Below, piece after piece: positions 19,718 to 29,281 of a DNA stretch of 33,965 bases. Position numbers and translations under genes: made by a program. Numbering within the stretch: position 1 is the stretch's first letter; every line of letters begins with the position of its first letter. A model generated the notes under the pieces. It ran no database searches, had not been told where the DNA came from, and worked only from the letters and a program-made list of their open reading frames with translations. The DNA is from Cellvibrionales bacterium (GTDB taxonomy: Bacteria > Pseudomonadota > Gammaproteobacteria > Pseudomonadales > UBA7434), in contig JABIQF010000096.1 in assembly GCA_018668095.1 (NCBI GenBank), forward strand, positions 1 to 33,965, read 5' to 3'.

Positions 19718-20000
19718 TCAACGGATTGATTGTTATTGCCAACGCCATCGTAAAACACTATTTCTTTGGTTCACTCTATCCACCGGTTACTTATCTGGGG
19801 CCATGACATATCGGCATTACAGCCATCGGATATGCAGGACTTCTTATAGGAACGATTAATTACTGAGTAACCCATATAAATTGGTTACATTACGTTCTTT
19901 AATTGTAACCCAGCCAGCGGGTCTCGCAAGTTGTTATTTTATTAAACATAGCGGCCATACAATAATGACTGCTAAAAATAGCGATTAAGCCTTTTAGCGA

Positions 20001-20669
20001 TTAAGATTGGGCGAGCTCTTCACGCATTTTATCGATAACCGCTTTATAGTCATCGGTATTAAATATAGCTGATCCAGCGACAAAGGTATCCGCCCCCGCT
20101 TTGGCAATTTCACGAATATTTGCTGTCGTCACCCCGCCATCGACTTCTAAGCGAATATCGCGATCGACAGAATCGATCAATTCTCTTGCCTCAGCCAATT
20201 TAGAGAGCGTTGATGGGATAAACGACTGACCGCCAAAGCCTGGGTTAACCGACATCAGCAGAATCATATCCAATTTATCCATGACATAACTCAGCGCATC
20301 CAATGGTGTTGCTGGATTAAACACTAAACCCGCCTTGCAACCAGCGTTTTTAATCAGCTGCAAAGAGCGATCAACGTGATTACTCGCCTCAGGATGAAAA
20401 GTAATAATAGACGCGCCAGCCTCAGCAAAGTCGCCGATCAGCTGATCAACAGGGCTCACCATTAAATGCACATCAATCGGTGCGGTAATACCATAGTCAC
20501 GTAAAGCCTTGCAGACCATGGGACCAATGGTTAAGTTAGGCACGTAATGATTATCCATGACATCGAAATGCACAATATCAGCACCCGCTGCTAGCACCGC
20601 TTCAACCTCTTCACCCAAGCGGGCAAAATCAGCCGATAAGATAGAGGGGGCTATTTTAAAGTCTGTCAT
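20001..20669 (-). CDS. rpe: Ribulose-phosphate 3-epimerase
   Basis: 222 aa with canonical [28 protein letters not shown] and SVNPGFGGQ motifs. Confidence 0.97.
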   Translation of the reverse strand: MTDFKIAPSILSADFARLGEEVEAVLAAGADIVHFDVMDNHYVPNLTIGPMVCKALRDYGITAPIDVHLMVSPVDQLIGDFAEAGASIITFHPEASNHVDRSLQLIKNAGCKAGLVFNPATPLDALSYVMDKLDMILLMSVNPGFGGQSFIPSTLSKLAEARELIDSVDRDIRLEVDGGVTTANIREIAKAGADTFVAGSAIFNTDDYKAVIDKMREELAQS

Positions 20670-20824
20670 GCGTCATACCTATTAATTAATGAAATGAATA
20701 AATTGATGAATGATTAACCTTTTAGGATACGCCGGCGCTTTACTATAAAATAAAGGACGCTTATCCGCGCTTCATAGATCGATATCGATCGGCGCTCAAC
20801 GATAAAATGAGATTCTACTCAACT

Positions 20825-21790
20825 ATGCAACAATCTAACAGCACACTTATTTACTCAGCCTACCTGTCTGCCTGCCTGCTTATAAAGTCGCTTGTTACTC
20901 TGAGCCTATTATTGCTCACCAGCCTAAGCAGTTTAGCAAATGATACTGCTGGCGAAAATGCGTCCATACCAGAAACAGCGACAACAGATTCAACGAACGC
21001 AACATCAGTATTAGAGCGAACAGCTTTGCCACCACAGCAAATCCACATGAGCTCATTGGCGGCCGCACTCGACCCCAGCGAAGTCGTTTGGCTGAATGAC
21101 GTTCAAGAAGAGCAGAACCAAAAGGAACAGAGCGAAGAAAATACAAAGGCATTCAGTGAGCAAGACGACGAACGCTTTATCAGCTTGTATCGCCCGGCAC
21201 TTCAGCCCGCACAAATGGCCGTTATTCTCATGCCTGACAGCATTCATAAAATGGCGAAAAAAGGCTTAATGCGTCAGCTCTATACCGAGCTACCTATGAC
21301 TGGCTGGTCGACCCTTCATATAGGTTTACCCGAGGTTTCAAATGCCACTGAAATATTTGAAGCAGAAGAAAGCACAGAAGATAAAAACGAAACGGTTGCC
21401 GCATCACGGATTGCGACTAGCATTCAATTTCTGCTTGATAAAGGCATACGATCAACCGCTTTAGTCGCAGAAAACTATAGTGCGCAGCGCGCCATCACTG
21501 CATCAATTACTCAGGCCGATGCAACCAGTGGCTTAGTACTTTGGCGAGTAGAGAAAGCACAATTACCGCTTTCGCAATTACAAGCTCTCGCTAAAAGCCA
21601 GATAACTGTCTTAGATATTGTGAATCATGATATTGGCAAATCAGAAAAAGCCGAACGAATTCGAAAATTTCATCTCGCGGGCTTTGCTCAAAACTATCGC
21701 TTAATTACTACACCGCAGGGCGAAGCCGGTATTAAGCATACCGAGCGACGCGTAAGAGACTGGCTAGAAACACGGTTTAAAAAATTCTAA
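20825..21790 (+). CDS. Secreted hypothetical protein, DUF3530-like (alpha/beta-hydrolase-like fold suspected)
   Basis: The ORF is open from 20807. The ATG at 20825 gives a signal-like N-terminus ending SLSSLA/ND. A Thr/Ser/Glu-rich low-complexity segment follows, then a domain with a GWSTLHIGLP-type motif that I associate with DUF3530. The family assignment is from memory only. Confidence 0.65.
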   Translation: MQQSNSTLIYSAYLSACLLIKSLVTLSLLLLTSLSSLANDTAGENASIPETATTDSTNATSVLERTALPPQQIHMSSLAAALDPSEVVWLNDVQEEQNQKEQSEENTKAFSEQDDERFISLYRPALQPAQMAVILMPDSIHKMAKKGLMRQLYTELPMTGWSTLHIGLPEVSNATEIFEAEESTEDKNETVAASRIATSIQFLLDKGIRSTALVAENYSAQRAITASITQADATSGLVLWRVEKAQLPLSQLQALAKSQITVLDIVNHDIGKSEKAERIRKFHLAGFAQNYRLITTPQGEAGIKHTERRVRDWLETRFKKF

Positions 21791-21802
21791 TTTTATATTT
21801 CA

Positions 21803-21967
21803 TTATGTTTCATAGCCATTATGAATAGCTAAACTATCCAGCAAAATCTTTTTAAGCTCGTTATCTGAAGGTTTATTTAAACCATGCACTTCAGACAAAC
21901 TTAATTGATCTCTAGCTAACAACTGCCTTAAAAGATTGGCACTCAATTCAACTTGAATATAAGACAT
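21803..21967 (-). CDS. Small hypothetical protein (54 aa), below the ORF-track cutoff
   Basis: The ATG at 21967 is preceded by AAGGAG (21981-21976) with 8-nt spacing, and the stop is TAA at 21805-21803. Translation: MSYIQVELSANLLRQLLARDQLSLSEVHGLNKPSDNELKKILLDSLAIHNGYET. It lies 37 nt downstream of the 159-aa ORF on the same strand. Confidence 0.5.
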   Translation of the reverse strand: MSYIQVELSANLLRQLLARDQLSLSEVHGLNKPSDNELKKILLDSLAIHNGYET

Positions 21968-22004
21968 TGTCTTTGCTCCTTTTATTTAACGTGAAAAATA
22001 AAAT

Positions 22005-22484
22005 TCAAATCGCCGTAACATCCAACAACGAAGTGCAATGCTGTAAAGTTCGATGACTATTATTATTAAAGTTTGATGATAAAAATTCTAATTGCTTAAT
22101 CGATTGATAAAGAATCTCGAGCTGAGATTTGATGACATCCTGCGTTTCAGGAAAAAAGTTAAGTTCCTTTTCAAGCCGCTCAATCGATAGCAAGCAAACC
22201 TCTCGCCCTCGTTCAATGAAGGCTAGCTGCATAAAAGTATCAGCGAGCAGAACGGCTGAATAAGTAAAAAACTGGTAAGCGTTATCTCGATCGATCGCCT
22301 GCGTAGAAATCATTATTTCTGCCGATTCAAACGCACACCCTAAATGAGGCAATGCATCACTCCACAACTTTTGGTCATAAAAGGTCTGGCCTGTATCAAA
22401 GCCATTTTGCCAACAGTTAATTGCCAGCGATGCCTTCTCCGTCAACGCTCCACGATGTGAATCGCATAAAAATCTCAATTTCAT
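22005..22484 (-). CDS. Hypothetical cytoplasmic helical protein (159 aa), Fur-box-associated
   Basis: A clean 159-aa ORF with no signal peptide or TM segment. GGAG lies 10 nt upstream of the ATG. I recognise no family. Counted G+C is 32%, 32% and 42% in three 60-nt lines, against 53-57% in two ptsP lines. Confidence 0.75.
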   Translation of the reverse strand: MKLRFLCDSHRGALTEKASLAINCWQNGFDTGQTFYDQKLWSDALPHLGCAFESAEIMISTQAIDRDNAYQFFTYSAVLLADTFMQLAFIERGREVCLLSIERLEKELNFFPETQDVIKSQLEILYQSIKQLEFLSSNFNNNSHRTLQHCTSLLDVTAI

Positions 22485-22520
22485 TGAATATAAACTCCAT
22501 AAATGAACATTAGGAGCATC

Positions 22521-22545
22521 TTAAATGATAATGATTCTTATTTGC
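22521..22545. promoter_or_regulatory. Candidate Fur box (overlapping 19-mers)
   Basis: GATAATGATTCTTATTTGC (22527-22545) matches the consensus GATAATGATAATCATTATC at 14/19 positions. The 19-mer shifted 6 nt (22521-22539, TTAAATGATAATGATTCTT) matches at 13/19. The site lies 37-61 nt upstream of the 159-aa ORF start, where it would overlap the promoter. Confidence 0.6.
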
Positions 22546-22597
22546 AACAAGTATTCAAGGAAAAATCGGATTTAATACTCAATAAGCTCAAAAAAAG

Positions 22598-23212
22598 CTA
22601 AACCAGCAAACAAGAACCCATTTCATAAATAGCCGGGAACACCGAAGCGACCAATAAAATGGCCATAACCGTATTAAACAATATTTGATATGAATCAGAC
22701 CTTAGAAATCGTTTTAAACTGCGTCCTAAAAAAAGCCATGTACCACCAGAACAAAAACCAATAACTACAAACGCTATCGCAAGCAGTAAAATTTGGTACA
22801 GCATATCTTCTGCTACAGAGGTATAAACAGCAATACTAGTACTAGCCATTATCCACGCTTTGGGGTTAACCCATTGAAATAGTGCGGCCTGTATAAATGT
22901 AAATGGAGTGGACGCCCTACCATTCAAAGAGGTGGATTTTGCATGGGCAATGCGCCAAGCAAGATAGATTAAATAAATAATACCGAGCACTTTTATAACA
23001 TCATGAATAACAGGGTATTGTTTAAAAATGATGCCCAACCCCAGCCCGATCATAACAACCATAGAAGGGAAACCGAGGCATATACCAAATAAATGTGGCA
23101 GGCTTTTATTTACGCCAAAGTTAAGACCTGAGGTCATCAGCATCACATTATTAGGACCTGGCGTGAACGACATGGATACAGCAAATAAAATAAATGCTAA
23201 AGAATAATTCAT
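22598..23212 (-). CDS. LysE/RhtB-family amino-acid exporter
   Basis: The N-terminal motif is typical of LysE translocators (MNYSLAFILFAVSMSFTPGPNNVM), and there are about 6 TM segments. The ORF is open to a TTG at 23242, but the ATG at 23212 matches the family N-terminus. Confidence 0.85.
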   Translation of the reverse strand: MNYSLAFILFAVSMSFTPGPNNVMLMTSGLNFGVNKSLPHLFGICLGFPSMVVMIGLGLGIIFKQYPVIHDVIKVLGIIYLIYLAWRIAHAKSTSLNGRASTPFTFIQAALFQWVNPKAWIMASTSIAVYTSVAEDMLYQILLLAIAFVVIGFCSGGTWLFLGRSLKRFLRSDSYQILFNTVMAILLVASVFPAIYEMGSCLLV

Positions 23213-23271
23213 ATTGAATAGCCATAAAAGTAGAAAAAACAACTACGCTATGACTATTAAAAAGAAGGGAG

Positions 23272-23288
23272 GTTCTCTTACTGAGAAC
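23272..23288 (-). terminator. Small hairpin downstream of murU (weak terminator candidate)
   Basis: GTTCTC-N5-GAGAAC is a 6-bp stem. On the minus strand it is followed by the pyrimidine tract CCTCCCTTCTTTTT, 10 nt after the murU stop. Confidence 0.3.
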
Positions 23289-23297
23289 GTTTAAATT

Positions 23298-25024
<1,727 letters not shown>

Positions 25025-25047
25025 CGGAATGCTTTATCATCGTGTCT

Positions 25048-25087
25048 ATTCTGTAAATAGAAACGCCATTCTGTAAATAGAAACGCT
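25048..25087. repeat. Tandem 20-bp duplication in the amgK/lptD divergent promoter region
   Basis: ATTCTGTAAATAGAAACGC occurs at 25048-25066 and again at 25068-25086 (19/20 identical per 20-bp unit). Each unit contains TTCT-N6-AGAA. Confidence 0.9.
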
Positions 25088-25194
25088 ATATGTAGAAAAG
25101 ACGACGGATATTCCGATTGTGGATTGTAATAGCTATTGTTGCATTATTCACTCAACCCATCGACCACTGGCTGATAAATAACGACCCAAACTGT

Positions 25195-27804
25195 ATGCGA
25201 CGAATATTGATACCACAATACATAAAACTGCCTGCCCTATGCTCATTATTGTTCGCGACTGCTGTGCAAGCAGCGCAGCCTTCGAGTAACGGCTGGGACT
25301 GCCAGCAAAGTAAAGCAGCCGACAAGCCCGAATGGACCTGCGGCAATAATGAATCCGCGCCAATAGCGCCAGCGTTGACAGCGACACCTAAAACGCAATC
25401 TAAGCCCGAAGCTCAAGCTTTACAACCTGCAAAAATAGTCCCCGTCGAGTCTATTCAAGAAGAAGACGATTTTGCCGATGACACAGCGACACCCATCATT
25501 AACCATCAAGCTCCAGCAACTAATATCGATCACCGCGATCTCGCTCGCCAAGATTGGCAATACGGCAACACCTTAAACAATACTTATTGCAGTGGCACTT
25601 ATATTACCCCTATCGTCGCCAATAAAACCGACGTACCGCAAGCCGAGCTGCCTATAGAAGCCAGTGCCGGCAGTACCTCGATGCAGGGTTCTCTGGCTAT
25701 TTTTGAACAAGATGTATTAGTGACTCAAGGTGATATTTCACTGCAAGCCGATAAAGCCACTTATGCCGCTGAAACCGAACAGCTAGAACTTAACGGTAAT
25801 GTCGTGGTGCGAACCAATGCTGCAGCTTTTGGTGGCAGCTCCGCCAGCGTGAATATCAGCGAAAACACTAGCGTCATTCACGATGCCAATTACATTATTC
25901 ACCAACAACATATTCGCGGCCAAGCCAATAAAATTTCAGCCGATGCCAAAGGCAATATTGAAATCAATCATGGCAGTTATACGCAATGCCAACCCGACAG
26001 TCGCTTATGGGCATTAGATGCCGGCAAAATAACGCTGAATAAAGAACGCGGCCAAGGCGTTGCACGTCATGCCAAATTAAAAATCAAAAACATACCCATT
26101 GTCTATATTCCCTATGCGCAGTTTCCGATAAGCGACGCACGCCAATCCGGATTACTGTTTCCCAGTTTGTCCGATTCCAGCAGCGGCTTCGATATTACTC
26201 TGCCGTACTATCTCAATATTGCTAGTAATATGGATGCCACATTAGCGCCGCGTTATAACGCCGAGCGCGGCTATATTACCGAAGCCGAAGGCCGCTGGTT
26301 AAATCGTTTTGATGAATGGGTATTGAGTGGTGCATATGCTGATAACGACACACTATTTACCGAAGAAACGAACGTCAATGATGGTCGTCGCTGGGTGGTT
26401 AATGTAAAAGAACAAGGACAATTCGCCAAATACTTTTTTACCCGCATAGACTTTACCCGCATTAGCGACAATGATTATTTACGAGATCTCAACACAACCA
26501 GTCTTTCCGTTAGCCGCACTACGCATTTAAACCAAAGAGCGGCATTAAACTTTTACAGTGATCACTGGACCGCTGGATTAAATGTTCAGCAGTATCAAAC
26601 ACTCGACGAAAACAACAGCGACATTATAAAACCGTTTGAAAAAACACCTGAGCTATGGCTTGGCTATCAATCGTCGGCAGTGCCTTTTCAGCTTGGCGCT
26701 AATGCGCACTTACGACACACAGCCTTCGATCATGATGAGCTCGATAGCGGCGCAAGAAGCTTCGGCGAAATCAATATCGACTATCCCATGCAATGGGGCG
26801 GCATTCGCTTAGCGCCATCTATCGGCGTACAACACCTAGCTTATGATTTAGATGACACATTTAATAATGCTATCGATAACACACCCTCAATAACGGCACC
26901 ACAAGCACAAATCAAATTCGATATGGTGTTTGAAAAAAATACTGCCAAGCGACGCACCATTGAGCCAGGCATTTTTTATATCTATCGAGATGCTGATGAT
27001 CAAAATACACTGCCGCTATTCGATACTGACTTACTCACCATTAACCGCAATCACCTAACCCGTGATAGCGCCTTAAGCGGCTACGATCGACTTGAAGATA
27101 CACATCAAGCGGCATTCTATTTAACCCATCGACGATTCGATGCGCGCGGCCAAGAAACGCTTGCAGCAACCATTGGTCAAATCAACTATTTTCAAGATGC
27201 GACTACGGCTACTGAACTACTGAGCCACCGTAACAACGATAGCGATAGCTCCGCCATCATCACTGATATCGAAGCCAAACTGAGCTCACAGTGGCAAAGT
27301 CATATAACCGCCCTTTGGGATGCTAACGACAACCAGCTAGAAGAGGGCAGCTTCTCATTGCGTTATCGCAGCAATAATAGTGATAACCGCCGCCAAACCA
27401 GCATTGCCAACCTCAGCTACCATTATCGTCTCGCCGATAACCGCCTCAGTCTTTTAGAAGATGACATTGAACAAGCCGATCTGAGCTTTGTCACACCTTT
27501 AAGCCGTCAATGGGCTATTATCGGTCGGTACCAATTCGACACCACCCAAAATCGTAGTAACGAATCCTTGGCAGGAATCGAGTACAATGACTGCTGTATA
27601 AAATGGCGAGTCATTTATCGCGATGGTTTAATCTATCGTGGCGCCGGTATTGAGAATAAGCGTGACCGTAGTGTATTTTTACAAGTTGAGCTCAAAGGTT
27701 TATTTGGTGTGGGTAATGCCCTAGAAAATATTCTTGATGAATCAATTCGCGGATACCGATCACTATCAACCGGCCGCCAAAGCAGCCAATATAATTCTTT
27801 TTAA
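25195..27804 (+). CDS. lptD: LPS-assembly outer-membrane protein LptD
   Basis: This is a large beta-barrel protein upstream of surA. The ATG at 25195 gives the signal peptide MRRILIPQYIKLPALCSLLFATAVQA, while the track ORF starts at a TTG at 25117. The OstA-like N-terminal domain (ADKATY...LELNGNVVV) and C-terminal barrel are recognisable. Confidence 0.93.
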   Translation: MRRILIPQYIKLPALCSLLFATAVQAAQPSSNGWDCQQSKAADKPEWTCGNNESAPIAPALTATPKTQSKPEAQALQPAKIVPVESIQEEDDFADDTATPIINHQAPATNIDHRDLARQDWQYGNTLNNTYCSGTYITPIVANKTDVPQAELPIEASAGSTSMQGSLAIFEQDVLVTQGDISLQADKATYAAETEQLELNGNVVVRTNAAAFGGSSASVNISENTSVIHDANYIIHQQHIRGQANKISADAKGNIEINHGSYTQCQPDSRLWALDAGKITLNKERGQGVARHAKLKIKNIPIVYIPYAQFPISDARQSGLLFPSLSDSSSGFDITLPYYLNIASNMDATLAPRYNAERGYITEAEGRWLNRFDEWVLSGAYADNDTLFTEETNVNDGRRWVVNVKEQGQFAKYFFTRIDFTRISDNDYLRDLNTTSLSVSRTTHLNQRAALNFYSDHWTAGLNVQQYQTLDENNSDIIKPFEKTPELWLGYQSSAVPFQLGANAHLRHTAFDHDELDSGARSFGEINIDYPMQWGGIRLAPSIGVQHLAYDLDDTFNNAIDNTPSITAPQAQIKFDMVFEKNTAKRRTIEPGIFYIYRDADDQNTLPLFDTDLLTINRNHLTRDSALSGYDRLEDTHQAAFYLTHRRFDARGQETLAATIGQINYFQDATTATELLSHRNNDSDSSAIITDIEAKLSSQWQSHITALWDANDNQLEEGSFSLRYRSNNSDNRRQTSIANLSYHYRLADNRLSLLEDDIEQADLSFVTPLSRQWAIIGRYQFDTTQNRSNESLAGIEYNDCCIKWRVIYRDGLIYRGAGIENKRDRSVFLQVELKGLFGVGNALENILDESIRGYRSLSTGRQSSQYNSF

Positions 27805-27844
27805 TCGCGCTTAAAGTGCTAAAAATAATTTAAGTTATTCACTT

Positions 27845-27871
27845 TATTTAAATTATTTAAGCTATTTAAGT
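27845..27871. repeat. Three tandem 9-bp TATTTAA-containing repeats in the lptD-surA spacer
   Basis: TATTTAA starts at 27845, 27854 and 27863 (period 9), with a further ATTTAAG at 27828. The array is bracketed by the imperfect inverted repeat TCGCGCTTAAA (27805-27815) / TTTAAGTCGCGC (27865-27876). Confidence 0.7.
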
Positions 27872-27904
27872 CGCGCAATGACATAAGCAGGGTAATATTT
27901 TCAT

Positions 27905-29197
27905 ATGGCAACAAACTTCGTAAAAGCATTAGTCATGTCAGCAGCGTTGACATCAACTCTCACGGTTTTGAGTACCACTGCGAATGCCGAATACCAATTA
28001 ATTGATCGCGTTGTCGCCATCGTAGAAGATGATATCGTGCTCGCCAGTGATATTAGAGATCAAATCATTGCCATCAAACAACGTATTACTGCCAGCGGTG
28101 GAAAAATGCCCGCTGACGATGTGTTATTTGAGCAAGTACTTGAACGCAGCATTCTTGAAAATTTACAGCTGCAACGAGCCGCTCAAATCGGTTTACGCGT
28201 CACTGACCAACAATTGAATGATGCCATGACTAACATCGCTGCTCGCAATCAATTGTCCCTAGCCGAGTTTAAAGCCTCTGTAGAAGCGCAAGGTGATTCA
28301 TATTTAACTGTTCGTGAAAAAATCCGCAAAGACCTTTTACTCAATGAAGTACAGCGTCGAAGTGTTATTCGAAATATCAACATCAGCGAAAGCGAAGTGG
28401 AAAATTTTCTACAGTCAGAGCAAGGACAATTACTGCTCTCGCCTGAGTTCAATATCGATCATATTTTACTGCCTATTCCTGCTGATGCCGGCACAGAAAC
28501 AAAAGCGCTCGCAAAAGAAAAAGCCATACAGCTTCAGCAACTCGCGCAAAACAACAACGGCTTTGAAACCCTTCAAAATCAAATTGCGGTTCACAATGCA
28601 GAACGTAGTCCACTAGGATGGCGTCGTGCCGAAAATATGCCCAGCCTATTTAAAGGTGTTATCGACAACATGGCGACAGGCGATGTGAGTGAGCCGATAT
28701 TAAGTGACAGTGGCTACCATGTTATCCACATCACCGATAAGCGTGGTGGTGTTGAAGGCAAAAGAACAGAAACAAAAGTAAGGCATATATTAATTGCGCC
28801 TAACGAAATCCGCACCATGGAAGAAGCTCAAACGCTCGCTAACGACGTAAGAGAAAAAATCGAACAAGGAGAAGATTTCACTTCACTTGCTCGTAAATAT
28901 TCTGACGACCCCGGCTCAGCCTTATCGGGCGGAGACTTAGGTTGGACAGAACCTGGCGTACTGGTCCCGATATTTGAAGAGACCATGAACAAAGCAGAAA
29001 TTGGTGTTAGCAGTCAAGCATTTCAAAGCCAATTTGGCTGGCACATACTCGAAGTAAGCGAACGCCGAGAAAAAGATTTATCGCAAGAGCGTGCTGCGCA
29101 ACAAGCAAGAATGGCTATTGCCGAAACCAAATATGATGATGAATTAAATAATTGGCTGCAAGAACTTCGCGACAACGCATTTGTTGATATAAAATAA
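27905..29197 (+). CDS. surA: Periplasmic chaperone / peptidyl-prolyl isomerase SurA
   Basis: 430 aa with a signal peptide ending ANA. It has the SurA N-terminal domain and two parvulin domains (GWHILEV motif in the second). Its position lptD-surA-pdxA is conserved. Confidence 0.95.
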   Translation: MATNFVKALVMSAALTSTLTVLSTTANAEYQLIDRVVAIVEDDIVLASDIRDQIIAIKQRITASGGKMPADDVLFEQVLERSILENLQLQRAAQIGLRVTDQQLNDAMTNIAARNQLSLAEFKASVEAQGDSYLTVREKIRKDLLLNEVQRRSVIRNINISESEVENFLQSEQGQLLLSPEFNIDHILLPIPADAGTETKALAKEKAIQLQQLAQNNNGFETLQNQIAVHNAERSPLGWRRAENMPSLFKGVIDNMATGDVSEPILSDSGYHVIHITDKRGGVEGKRTETKVRHILIAPNEIRTMEEAQTLANDVREKIEQGEDFTSLARKYSDDPGSALSGGDLGWTEPGVLVPIFEETMNKAEIGVSSQAFQSQFGWHILEVSERREKDLSQERAAQQARMAIAETKYDDELNNWLQELRDNAFVDIK

Positions 29198-29281
29198 TTA
29201 ACAGCCTAACTATAAAATAGCGTCACAGTTAAAGGCGCTTCACTAAAAGCGTCCGCCTAAAAAGCGCGACGCTCAATAAAA

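Noticed and set aside
20670-20760. ATGA/ATGAAT-rich stretch upstream of rpe as a second Fur box.
   Set aside because: The best alignment to the Fur consensus was about 8/19, so it is just AT-rich promoter DNA.
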